Origin: Gemmatimonadota bacterium
GTDB lineage: Bacteria; Gemmatimonadota; Gemmatimonadetes; Gemmatimonadales; GWC2-71-9
DNA length: 53,779 nt
NCBI GenBank assembly: GCA_039588295.1
Contig: JBDHAB010000029.1
Span: forward strand, 1 to 53,779
Direction of reading: 5' to 3'
The position numbers and the translations under genes were made by a program. Within the stretch, counting starts at the first letter, position 1; every line of letters begins with the position of its first letter. Positions 1 through 8,580 of this stretch are shown here, one piece after another. The notes under the pieces are model-generated. The model did no database searches, was not told the DNA's origin, and saw only the letters and a program-made list of their open reading frames with translations.

Positions 1-219
1 GTGCCGGACGGCGGTCCACCACGCTGTAGGGGATGCGGCCTGCGTTTGCAGTTCGGCACCGACCGCGATGGCCGGGCAACGGAATCCTGCGTCTGCGGAT
101 ACTACGCGTACGTACAGACACGGTGTGGGCGCGTGGGTTTGCGACGGGGCGCGCCCGTCGCCGGCACGCGTCAGGGGTGCTCTCCGCCGCTGCTCACCGC
201 AGCCACGACGCGACGCTGA
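1..219 (+). CDS. Putative small zinc-ribbon-like protein (5' end at window edge, may be truncated)
   Basis: 72-aa ORF with CRGCG and CVCG cysteine pairs spaced like a Zn ribbon. No upstream context is visible. Confidence 0.3.
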   Translation: MPDGGPPRCRGCGLRLQFGTDRDGRATESCVCGYYAYVQTRCGRVGLRRGAPVAGTRQGCSPPLLTAATTRR

Positions 220-302
220 CGCGGAGCGCAATCGCGAGCCAATGGGAGCGGTCGCGGTCTCGTGAGACGGAGGACGACAGGCCTTCATGCCGCCGCACGG
301 GC

Positions 303-515
303 TCAATACTCAGTCGTGTCCGGTGGCTCGGAGTAATCGCCAGACGTACACGTCACGCACTCCTGACGTTGATCAGCGTTCGCCCCCGTGAAATCCCTGT
401 TATGGCAGATGTACTTCTGCTCGCACCACTTGGCGTTGGTACAGCTACTGCCGCTGTGACACTTCCTGCAGAGGAGCATCATGTGCACCGCCGCGGTACG
501 TCCCTTGACGTTCAC
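303..515 (-). CDS. Putative small Cys-rich peptide (alternative ATG at 482)
   Basis: 70-aa ORF with 7 Cys (CRKCH...C...C...CH...CVTC). The region looks less GC-rich than the flanking genes. Confidence 0.3.
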   Translation of the reverse strand: MNVKGRTAAVHMMLLCRKCHSGSSCTNAKWCEQKYICHNRDFTGANADQRQECVTCTSGDYSEPPDTTEY

Positions 516-517
516 GG

Positions 518-549
518 AGAAACACGGCGCCCGGCCGGCCGACCGAGCG
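518..549 (-). terminator. Probable intrinsic terminator after tRNA-Asn
   Basis: Minus strand CGCTCGGTC-GGCC-GGCCGGGCG 9-bp stem (2 GU pairs) followed by CCGTGTTTCT, 12 nt after the tRNA 3' end. Confidence 0.45.
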
Positions 550-561
550 TTGTCTGCGAAA

Positions 562-634
562 CTCCGGAGGAGGGACTCGAACCCCCGACCCGACGGTTAA
601 CAGCCGTCTGCTCTACCAGCTGAGCTACTCCGGA
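562..634 (-). tRNA. tRNA-Asn (GTT)
   Basis: Reverse complement TCCGGAG TAGCTCAGCTGGTAGAGC AGACGG CTGTTAA CCGTC GGGTC GGGGGTTCGAGTCCCTC CTCCGGAG forms a cloverleaf with anticodon GTT. CCA is not encoded. Confidence 0.97.
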
Positions 635-704
635 ATGCCACGTCCCGCGCAGTGCGTCCGGCACGGCTATCCCGCGCCGTCACCGTGTTCGGGTTCTGGG
701 GGGG

Positions 705-733
705 AGTGTAATTGGCCCTAATCCGCCCCGCAA
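705..733 (-). promoter_or_regulatory. Sigma70-type promoter for tRNA-Asn
   Basis: Minus strand TTGCGG-17 nt-TACACT followed by a C-run (GC-rich discriminator). Confidence 0.6.
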
Positions 734-769
734 GCGTCCCGCAGCCTCCGCACGAGGAACTGTTGGGCG

Positions 770-3604
770 CTACGGCGAGTGAGATGTGGCGCCGACCCGA
801 TCTGTCACAGGGGAGTCAGCGATCTCCAGCATGCCCCGGAGATACCGCGCGGTGTGGGTGTCCTCGGCGGCGACGTCCTCGGGAGTGCCCTCCGCCACCA
901 CGCGACCCCCGTGGTCACCGCCTTCGGGCCCGAGATCGATGATCCAGTCCGCCCGTTTGATGATGTCGAGGTGGTGCTCGATCACGAGCACCGTGTGTCC
1001 ATGGTCCACCAGACGATCCAGGACTCTGATGAGTGTGCGGACGTCGTCCAGGTGCAGTCCGGTCGTCGGCTCGTCCAGGAGATAGAGACGGCGCGCGCGC
1101 TTCTTCCCGGCCGTCGCCAGTTGGCGCGCGATCTTCAGGCGCTGCGCTTCGCCCCCCGATAGCGTGGTTGCCGGCTGCCCCAGTCGGAGATAGTCGAGTC
1201 CGACCTGCTGCAGGTGCCACAGTGCCTTGCCCAGGCGTTCCTGGTGGCGGAAGCGGGACATCGCCTGCTCGACCGTGAGGTTCAGCACGTCGTGGATCGA
1301 GAGTCCCTTGATCCGGATATCGAGCACCTCCTTCTCGAACCGGCTGCCGCCACACGCCTCACAGGGGATGAACACGTCGGCGAGGAACACCATCTCGATT
1401 TGCAGGTGCCCGGCTCCCTCGCAAGTGTGACACCGGCCCCCGGCAGTCGCGTTGAAGCTGAATGTGGTGGGGCTGTACCCGCGGGCCCGCGCCAACGGTT
1501 GGGCCGCGAAGAGATTTCGGATCTCATCGAACGCACGCACATAGGTAATGGGGTTGGATCGCGGTGTGCGGCCGATTGGTGACTGGTCGATGAGCACCAC
1601 ATCGTCGAGGCCGTCCCAGCCCGTCAACTCATCGACGTCCCCCACCGGCTCACCGAGATGCTCTTTCGCCCCGTGCGAACCTTTGAGCCGTTGGGCGAGC
1701 TGCCGGTAGACCACGTCATGCACGAGGGTGGACTTGCCCGATCCCGAGACTCCGGTCACGACCGTGAGCGTCCCCAAGGGTACGGCGACGTCCACACCCC
1801 GAAGGTTATGCAGGCGCGCACCGTGCACCGTGAGCCATTGCGGTCCCGCGCGACGGCGTGAGCTTGGCACGGGAATGGATCTGGCGCCGCTCAGGTATTC
1901 GCCGGTGAGAGTGCCAGCAGACTCAGCGTCCTGAACTGGGCCCGCGTACACGACCTCCCCGCCGTGCTCCCCGCTCCCGGGACCCAGCTCGACCATGTGG
2001 TCGGCAGCCCGGATGGTCGCGGGGTCGTGCTCCACGATCACGACGGTGTTGCCTTCGTCTCGGAGCCGGCCGAGGAGGCCGACCAGTCGATGGATGTCGC
2101 GCGGGTGGAGGCCGATTGATGGCTCGTCGAGCACGTAGAGGGTATCGACGAGGCGGGATCCCAGTGCGTTGGCGAGGGCGATCCGTTGCGCCTCCCCCCC
2201 CGACAGCGTTCTCGTTTGCCGGTCCAGCGATAGGTATCCGAGTCCGACATCGCAGAGAAACGCCACGCGATCGTGCAACTCCCGAAGAACGGTTGCCGCG
2301 ACGGCCTGCTCGAAGCGTCCGAGCTGGAGCTGTGTGAGCCACGTGGCGAGTCGACTGGCCGTAAGGCAACTCACGTCCCCGAGCGATTGGCGCGCCACGC
2401 GGACCGCGAGCGCCTCCGGTCGGAGTCGCGCCCCCCCGCACGCTGGACACGGCTGCGCCAACTGGTACTGGCGCAGGAAGACGCGGATGTACTGCTTGTA
2501 CCGCTTGCGCTCGAGCGCTCGCAAGAACGGATACACCCCCTGGAATCGTCCCGACCTGCCGTGCAGGAGGAGGCGTCGCTGGGATTTCTTGAGCTTCCGC
2601 CACGGGGTATCGAAGGCAATGCCCTCATGCTCGGCGGTTTGACGCAGCAACCGCCGCCGCCTGGTGTAGCGCGGCTTGGTCCAGGGGTCGAGCGCCCCTT
2701 GCTTGAGCGATCGGTCGGGGTCCGGGACGATCAGTGAATCGTCGTACTCCAGCACTGCGCCGAACCCGTTGCAGCCGGGGCAGGCGCCCCGTGGGTTATT
2801 GAAGGAGAAAAGCGCGGGCGTAAGAGGAAGCGTCGGCGTATCACAGGCGACGCAACGTGGGTGCTGCGAGTACCGTGTGACGCTGGTTGTCCCGTGCACC
2901 TCCGCAATCCCGTCCCCTTCCGTGAACGCCACAGCGACCGAGTCCGCCAGGCGCCCACGGCCGTCCGCGGTGACGCGCAGGCGATCCACGACGACCAGGA
3001 ACGGCCCCTCGTCGAGCCGGGTTGAGGCCGGCAGGCCGTCGAGCCGGTAGACGGCGCCTGCGACCTTGACGCGGACGAAGCCCATCGCTCGGAGGTTCTC
3101 CAGAATGCGATCGTGACTCGGCTGTCCGTCCGTCGGGAGCGGGAAACACACCAGCACGGTTTCCGTTTCCCTCTCCTCCAGTACACGCTGCGCCGCGGTG
3201 GACGGAGAGTCGACCGTGACCGGCTCGCCGCAAAGGTGACAGAACGGCACCCCGACGCGAGCCCAGAGGAGACGGAGATAGTCGTGGATCTCGGTTGCCG
3301 TTCCGACGGTGGACCGACTGGACGTCGTAGGATTCTTCTGCTCGATCGCCACGGCGGGCGCGACACCCTCGATGTGATCGACCGCCGGTTTCGGCATGCG
3401 CTCCAAGAACTGCTTTGCATAGGTAGAGAGCGACTCGATGTACCGACGCTGGCCTTCCGCGTAGAGCGTGTCGAACGCCAGGGTGCTCTTACCGGAGCCG
3501 GAAGGTCCGGTGATCACCGTCAGGGCATGGTGAGGGATCTCCAGGGAGATACCCTTCAGATTGTGCTGGCGGGCTCCCTCGAGGACGATGCGTCGGGTCG
3601 GCAT
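770..3604 (-). CDS. uvrA: Excinuclease ABC subunit A
   Basis: GARQHNLK, Walker A GPSGSGKS, LYAEGQRRYIESLS, Zn-finger CxxC pairs, two LSGGEAQR signatures, second Walker A GVSGSGKS. Start placed at MPTRRIVLEG. Confidence 0.95.
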   Translation of the reverse strand: MPTRRIVLEGARQHNLKGISLEIPHHALTVITGPSGSGKSTLAFDTLYAEGQRRYIESLSTYAKQFLERMPKPAVDHIEGVAPAVAIEQKNPTTSSRSTVGTATEIHDYLRLLWARVGVPFCHLCGEPVTVDSPSTAAQRVLEERETETVLVCFPLPTDGQPSHDRILENLRAMGFVRVKVAGAVYRLDGLPASTRLDEGPFLVVVDRLRVTADGRGRLADSVAVAFTEGDGIAEVHGTTSVTRYSQHPRCVACDTPTLPLTPALFSFNNPRGACPGCNGFGAVLEYDDSLIVPDPDRSLKQGALDPWTKPRYTRRRRLLRQTAEHEGIAFDTPWRKLKKSQRRLLLHGRSGRFQGVYPFLRALERKRYKQYIRVFLRQYQLAQPCPACGGARLRPEALAVRVARQSLGDVSCLTASRLATWLTQLQLGRFEQAVAATVLRELHDRVAFLCDVGLGYLSLDRQTRTLSGGEAQRIALANALGSRLVDTLYVLDEPSIGLHPRDIHRLVGLLGRLRDEGNTVVIVEHDPATIRAADHMVELGPGSGEHGGEVVYAGPVQDAESAGTLTGEYLSGARSIPVPSSRRRAGPQWLTVHGARLHNLRGVDVAVPLGTLTVVTGVSGSGKSTLVHDVVYRQLAQRLKGSHGAKEHLGEPVGDVDELTGWDGLDDVVLIDQSPIGRTPRSNPITYVRAFDEIRNLFAAQPLARARGYSPTTFSFNATAGGRCHTCEGAGHLQIEMVFLADVFIPCEACGGSRFEKEVLDIRIKGLSIHDVLNLTVEQAMSRFRHQERLGKALWHLQQVGLDYLRLGQPATTLSGGEAQRLKIARQLATAGKKRARRLYLLDEPTTGLHLDDVRTLIRVLDRLVDHGHTVLVIEHHLDIIKRADWIIDLGPEGGDHGGRVVAEGTPEDVAAEDTHTARYLRGMLEIADSPVTDRVGATSHSP

Positions 3605-3611
3605 GCCCCGA

Positions 3612-3641
3612 AGCATAGCCGAGCCGTAGGGGCAGCTACAA
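3612..3641 (-). promoter_or_regulatory. Sigma70-type promoter for uvrA (leaderless geometry)
   Basis: Minus strand TTGTAG-18 nt-TATGCT-7 nt-ATG, with no Shine-Dalgarno. Confidence 0.5.
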
Positions 3642-3650
3642 GCGTGCCCG

Positions 3651-3680
3651 TTGACGAGTCCTCGGACCGGGCCGTAGGTT
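3651..3680 (+). promoter_or_regulatory. Sigma70-type promoter for the divergent membrane protein gene
   Basis: TTGACG-18 nt-TAGGTT, with ATG 10 nt downstream. Confidence 0.5.
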
Positions 3681-3690
3681 GCGTCGCGTC

Positions 3691-4758
3691 ATGCCGAACT
3701 GGCTGTCACCCTACCTATTGCGACGCGGGCTCGAGATCTTCGCAGCTATCTCGGTCGTTGTGTTCGTCGTCGTCCTGTTCTATGGAAACAATTTCGAGCG
3801 GTTCGTCGATGCGATGCTGCACCTGCGCTGGCATTGGGTCTTCCTCGGCGTGCTCGTGTCGTCACTCGATTGGTTTGGTGGTGGTGTGCGGCTGTATTTC
3901 CTCGCGCGCCACGTCTATCCAAAGACCACGTTGCACGGGGCCGTCCTATCGGCCGGTCTGAATGCCTGGGCCATGTTGATCACGCCGTCGCAGGCCGGCG
4001 GCGGCCCTATGGGTATCTACACGCTGAAACGATACGGCACACCCGTTCCCGAGGGGATGGTGGCCACGTTCATGGCGTTCGTCGCGAGCATCCTCTTCTT
4101 CTCCGTGGTTGGCCCACTCGTCGTGGTGTTGGGAGCCGGGAAGTCGCTCGCGGAGCACGGCGTGCTCGGCATTACCAACCTCCACGATCTCTTCCGGCTG
4201 AGCATGGGCGCGTTCATCACGGTCGGCGGTGTGATGCTCTTGGTGATCCTGTTTCCGGGCCTCGCCCGGATACTGGCGCGCCGCATCGTTGGGTGGCTGG
4301 AGCGTCGCGGAAGCTCCAAGCTGGCATCCCGCCTCTCGTCACTGAACGACGGGATCGACCGCGCGCACGTGGCGATGACGGCGTACTACCGAGGGTGGGG
4401 GTGGCTTTCGCTCGCATTGGGGGTGCTGCTCACGGTTGCGGCCATGGCCAACAAGCTGCTTGCCGGTTACATCGTCCTGCGCGCCCTGGGTATTCACGCG
4501 CCGTTCGTCGAAGTGCTCATGTTGCAGACCCTGATCGTCTTCCTGTTGTATTTCGCGCCGACTCCTGGGGGATCGGGTCTGGCCGAGGTACTCGCCGGGG
4601 CAGTGATGTCGATCTATGTACCCCGGGAGTTGACGCCGTCCTACGTGCTGCTGTGGCGGATCTTCGTCGCCTACCTCACCGTTGGGGCGGGGTCATTCGT
4701 GTTTTGGCGCTGGTTGCGGCTCTGGGAACGGCAGGCTGAGGAGGCTGGAGACAGCTGA
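3691..4758 (+). CDS. Lysylphosphatidylglycerol synthase TM / flippase-like (YbhN, UPF0104) membrane protein
   Basis: Multiple TM helices; motifs ITPSQAGGGP, PTPGGSGLAE and LLWR typical of the LPG_synthase_TM family. Confidence 0.85.
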   Translation: MPNWLSPYLLRRGLEIFAAISVVVFVVVLFYGNNFERFVDAMLHLRWHWVFLGVLVSSLDWFGGGVRLYFLARHVYPKTTLHGAVLSAGLNAWAMLITPSQAGGGPMGIYTLKRYGTPVPEGMVATFMAFVASILFFSVVGPLVVVLGAGKSLAEHGVLGITNLHDLFRLSMGAFITVGGVMLLVILFPGLARILARRIVGWLERRGSSKLASRLSSLNDGIDRAHVAMTAYYRGWGWLSLALGVLLTVAAMANKLLAGYIVLRALGIHAPFVEVLMLQTLIVFLLYFAPTPGGSGLAEVLAGAVMSIYVPRELTPSYVLLWRIFVAYLTVGAGSFVFWRWLRLWERQAEEAGDS

Positions 4759-4855
4759 GTCGGATGCTGGCGGTGGCGCCGCGCAGTTCGGTTGCACCGC
4801 TCCTACCCCAGGACTAGCTTTTGCCAGATACCCCTAGGGATTGAGGATCTGATCG

Positions 4856-6214
4856 ATGGCGTACTTGGAAATCGGCGGCCGCCGGCATGCTATTCTGGTG
4901 GGTGAGCTGGCGATCGGGAGTGACGCCGCGGCCCAGCTCTTGCTGTCCGATACGGGGGTACATGGCGGTCATGCCATCGTGCAGGGTCTTGCGGACGGCC
5001 AGGTGGCGATCCGGCTCGGCGAGGAACCCACGCAGGTTCTGGTGAACGGCGTGCGGTTGGGCCGACAGCCTGTTCCCTTGCTGCACGGAGACAAGGTCGA
5101 GATTGCCGGCCACGAGTTGTTGTTCGTGGACGAGAGGCGCAGCGGAAGCACCCAATACGTACAAGCCGTCGACCCGGCGTTGATGGATACGGCGAAACCT
5201 GCGGGGTTGCGGGCGGCGACGGCGGGAACCGGTGGACGGCTCGTGTCCTTGACCGACGGTCGCGAGTACAGCATCGGGGGCGGCTCGGTCCTGATCGGCC
5301 GGGACGCCGGCTGCGACGTGGTGGTGATGAGCAAGAGCGTCTCGCGGCGACATGCCGAGGTGATGGCATCGCCTAGGGGATACGTGTTGATCGACAGCAG
5401 CACGAACGGGAGCTTCGTCAACGGGAACCGCGTTCAGGGTCAACAGGTCCTGGCGCGGGGCGACGTTATTCGGTGCGGCGACTACGAGTTCCGCTTCAAT
5501 GCGGACGTCGCGGTCGCGCCAGACATGGCGCCGCCGCTGTCGGCAGAGCCGGCCGCGCCGGCGCCACCGCCAGGCGCAACACCGCCGCCCGGTGCCGAGC
5601 ATCGGCTGAGTCACACGCTCCACGGTATGCCGGCGGTCCCGAAGCCCGCGGGAATGCCGCGAGGTCGACCGGCGCGGCCGTTTGTGCCGCGGGAACCCGC
5701 TCCGCCGCCTCCGGAGGCCGCCGCGCCACCGCCGACGCCGCCGACGCCAGAGCCGCCGCTCGAGCCGAAGGCGCCTGCCCCCCAGCCTCGGGTGGCAAAA
5801 GAGCAGCCCGTTGCGGGAATGACGGTTCTGGCCAACCTCGTCGTGCGTAGCGGCGGGTTGAAGGGGCAGCGGTTTCCGATCAAGGTCCCGATTGTCAACG
5901 TCGGACGCGCGGAATACAACGACATCGTACTTCCCGACGACAGTGTCTCGACGACGCACGCGAAACTCCAGCGGCGCGAGGGCATTTGGGTCCTCGTAGA
6001 TCTCGAGTCCACCAACGGCACGATGGTGGATGGGGAGCGCGTGAGCGGGGAAGTCCCGCTGGCACCAGGCGCGCTGATTCGGTTCGGCGAGATCAGGACC
6101 ATTTTCGAGCCGACCGATGACACGATCGACGCGCAGAAGGGAAGTTCGACACGGCTTATCGACGCGATCCGACTCCCGGAGAAGCCTACCGACGATCGCG
6201 GGGGTGCTCAGTGA
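4856..6214 (+). CDS. Triple FHA-domain protein with Pro-rich linker
   Basis: FHA2 (IGR...VSRRHA...STNGSFVNG) and FHA3 (VGR...VSTTHA...STNGTMVDG) are canonical. FHA1 is degenerate. GAGGA RBS upstream. Confidence 0.9.
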   Translation: MAYLEIGGRRHAILVGELAIGSDAAAQLLLSDTGVHGGHAIVQGLADGQVAIRLGEEPTQVLVNGVRLGRQPVPLLHGDKVEIAGHELLFVDERRSGSTQYVQAVDPALMDTAKPAGLRAATAGTGGRLVSLTDGREYSIGGGSVLIGRDAGCDVVVMSKSVSRRHAEVMASPRGYVLIDSSTNGSFVNGNRVQGQQVLARGDVIRCGDYEFRFNADVAVAPDMAPPLSAEPAAPAPPPGATPPPGAEHRLSHTLHGMPAVPKPAGMPRGRPARPFVPREPAPPPPEAAAPPPTPPTPEPPLEPKAPAPQPRVAKEQPVAGMTVLANLVVRSGGLKGQRFPIKVPIVNVGRAEYNDIVLPDDSVSTTHAKLQRREGIWVLVDLESTNGTMVDGERVSGEVPLAPGALIRFGEIRTIFEPTDDTIDAQKGSSTRLIDAIRLPEKPTDDRGGAQ

Positions 6215-6241
6215 TGGGGTCGGGGCTCGGGCGGTCTCCCG

Positions 6242-6263
6242 GGTGCGGCCCTTGGGCCGCACC
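6242..6263. other. Perfect intergenic hairpin
   Basis: GGTGCGGCC-CTTG-GGCCGCACC, a 9-bp stem with a CUUG tetraloop and no U-tract. Confidence 0.6.
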
Positions 6264-6297
6264 ACTCACCGTCGACGGTGTCGACGCCGCCTAGTCG

Positions 6298-7080
6298 ATG
6301 CAGACCGTTCGCTTCACGTGCGCTGGGCGGACCGATGTCGGGGTTGTGCGGTCGGGCAACGAGGACGCGTACCTCATGGTGCCCGACGCCGGCGTGTTTA
6401 TCGTTGCGGATGGGATGGGGGGCCACGCCGCCGGCGAGGTCGCCAGCGAGATGGTGGTCCAAATCGTGGGCGAAGCACTGGAAGGCGTCACGGGACAGTC
6501 GGATCCCGAAGCGTCGGAAGTCATCCGTAAGTCGATCGTCCATGCGAACCAGGCGATCTTCCAGCGGACGCTGGTGGAGCAGGACAAGCGGGGGATGGGT
6601 ACGACGGCGACCGCGATGGTCGTCAACGGCCGACGGTACCTCGTGGGGCAGGTCGGTGACAGCCGTGCCTACGTGTACCGCAACCGGCAGCTGCTCCAGA
6701 TCACGAAGGACCATTCCTACGTGCAAGAGCAGGTCGATGCCGGCTACCTCACGCCGGAGCAGGCCCGGACCCACCCCTACAGCAATGTGATCACGCGGTG
6801 CGTCGGCGCGAACAGCGACGTCGCGCCGGACATCTACGGCGGTACGCTCCAGGCGGGCGATGTCTTCTTACTCGCGTCTGATGGTCTCACCGGCATGTTG
6901 GAGGACGACCAACTCGATTCCATTCTCGCCTCGGAGCGATCCCCCGGCGAACTCGTCGATACCCTCGTCGCTGAGGCGAACCGGCGTGGCGGCCTGGACA
7001 ACATCACCGTGATCATCGTGCGGATCGACGACGTCGAGAACATCCAGGACCAACAGACGGCTACCGCAGGCGCCGCGTGA
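6298..7080 (+). CDS. PP2C-family Ser/Thr protein phosphatase (Stp1/PrpC-like)
   Basis: TDVGVVRSGNED, VADGMGGHAAGEVAS, GMGTT, VGDSRAY, LASDGL and GGLDNIT motifs. Confidence 0.95.
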   Translation: MQTVRFTCAGRTDVGVVRSGNEDAYLMVPDAGVFIVADGMGGHAAGEVASEMVVQIVGEALEGVTGQSDPEASEVIRKSIVHANQAIFQRTLVEQDKRGMGTTATAMVVNGRRYLVGQVGDSRAYVYRNRQLLQITKDHSYVQEQVDAGYLTPEQARTHPYSNVITRCVGANSDVAPDIYGGTLQAGDVFLLASDGLTGMLEDDQLDSILASERSPGELVDTLVAEANRRGGLDNITVIIVRIDDVENIQDQQTATAGAA

Positions 7081-7280
7081 GCGCCGGTCCGAACCCCACC
7101 GCCGTTGGGCGGATTGCCGCCGAGCACCTCGGCCCCATGCTCTACGCCCTGGAAACCTGTGCGCTCACGATGCAGGAAGCGGGTCGGGCGGAGGAGGCTC
7201 GTTACTACCGCGATCTCGCGGGCCTCCTCGCGGAGGCGGGCGGGACCTCACCCACTGTGGAGTCGAACGGGCAGGCCTAG
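7077..7280 (+). CDS. Small hypothetical helical protein
   Basis: GTG start overlaps the phosphatase TGA (GTGA). The ORF fills the gap exactly and its stop shares CTAG with the convergent HD gene. Confidence 0.6.
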   Translation: MSAGPNPTAVGRIAAEHLGPMLYALETCALTMQEAGRAEEARYYRDLAGLLAEAGGTSPTVESNGQA

Positions 7281-8572
7281 GCGCTCGGGACCAGGAGCGG
7301 GGTGCCGGCCTCGAGATCCATCCTTGTTTCTCGAGCGGTGCGTTCTGCCAAGCCGAGGATTGCGCGGCGTTCAACGGTGACCCGACGAGCGACGAATACG
7401 CGTAACCGGCGAGCGCTCTGGTGCAGCTCATCCGCGATCCGCTGAATACCGATGTGCCGGCCGCGGTCGTACGTATCGAGGATCTCGACGCTGCCGTCCC
7501 GCAGAAGCAGCGGCAAGTCCACCTCGAGCATGGCGGGTTTTGCGGGATAGTCGATGAGGACTTCACCGCAGGCGACACCGAGCTCGGCCGCCAGCTGATC
7601 CTCCACCCGGCTGACGAGGTCGGGGTCATGCGCGATCCAGTCACCGCCGGCGCGTGGGACCTCAGCCGCGCGGATATCCAATGCGCGCTTGAAGAGTTCC
7701 CGCTGCCGCAGACGGCGAGCAAGGCCGCCCGAGGGGAGCTGGTGCACCGCCTCCATCAGCGACTCATCCGTGCTCCTCGCCACCCAATCCGCGTCCAACA
7801 GATCGGCCTGTATCGCACGATGCACGAGCCGCTTGAACATCGCGGTCGCGCTCCGGATGGCGTGGTGCCAGTAGACGGTACGGTACATCTGATACTTCGC
7901 GAACAGCAAAGACTCAACGGCGCTGAGACCCTTCTCGTGCACCCCCACGCGGCGCGTTCCGTCCGGCAGGGTGACGACGGTGATTGAATGCAGCAATCGG
8001 TCGACGTCCACGGTGCCGTAGGGTACGCCACACATGTGCGCGTCGCGGGTCAGGTATTCGATCTTGTCCAGATCCAACGATCCGGCGACGAGTCCCTGCA
8101 GCGGGCTGTGGGACGTCCCCTGAATGAGGTCGGCGAGGAGGGAGACGACGGACGGAATCCCGAGCGCCTCGAGCGCCTGCTGTACGGCTGGATGTTGGAG
8201 GTATCCCACCGCGAGGCTCTCGTGCGTCGGCAGCCCGGCTTCCTCGAGGGCGTGGGAGAATGGATAGTGCCCGATATCGTGGAGCAGGGCCGCGAGCCAC
8301 ACCATGGTGGCCTCTTCAGGAGCGATGTCGTCGAGTTCGCCGCGGTCACGCAGGAGACTGAGCGCCCGCCTAGCAAGGTGGTACGCGCCGAGGGCGTGCT
8401 CGAATCGGGAATGGGTCGCGCCCGGGTAGACGAGATACGCGTGTCCCAATTGGCGCACGTAGCGAAGGCGCTGAAACGGCGCCGAATCTACGACGCCGAG
8501 CGCGAGCGAATGCACGTGGATGTTGCTCCACAGCGGGTCGCGGATGACTTCGAAATCGCCGGCCAGTGCCAT
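7277..8572 (-). CDS. HD-domain phosphohydrolase (SAMHD1/dNTP triphosphohydrolase-like)
   Basis: FQRLRYVRQLG, HSRFEHALG, LLHDIGHYPFSH, DLDKIEYLTRDA and VYWHH motifs. Confidence 0.9.
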   Translation of the reverse strand: MALAGDFEVIRDPLWSNIHVHSLALGVVDSAPFQRLRYVRQLGHAYLVYPGATHSRFEHALGAYHLARRALSLLRDRGELDDIAPEEATMVWLAALLHDIGHYPFSHALEEAGLPTHESLAVGYLQHPAVQQALEALGIPSVVSLLADLIQGTSHSPLQGLVAGSLDLDKIEYLTRDAHMCGVPYGTVDVDRLLHSITVVTLPDGTRRVGVHEKGLSAVESLLFAKYQMYRTVYWHHAIRSATAMFKRLVHRAIQADLLDADWVARSTDESLMEAVHQLPSGGLARRLRQRELFKRALDIRAAEVPRAGGDWIAHDPDLVSRVEDQLAAELGVACGEVLIDYPAKPAMLEVDLPLLLRDGSVEILDTYDRGRHIGIQRIADELHQSARRLRVFVARRVTVERRAILGLAERTARETRMDLEAGTPLLVPSA

Positions 8573-8580
8573 AGGGAGCG

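Noticed and set aside
1..634. Prophage or integrative element at tRNA-Asn
   Set aside because: No integrase or att duplication is visible within the window. It cannot be excluded beyond the left edge.
5520..5800. GC-rich quasi-repeats in the FHA gene (and 37902-38350 in the DUF4384-like gene)
   Set aside because: Explained by Pro/Ala- and Pro/Arg-rich low-complexity protein linkers, not DNA repeat elements.
7277..8572. HD dNTPase as an anti-phage defence gene
   Set aside because: Host-like composition, operonic with pckA, and no defence or mobile genes nearby.
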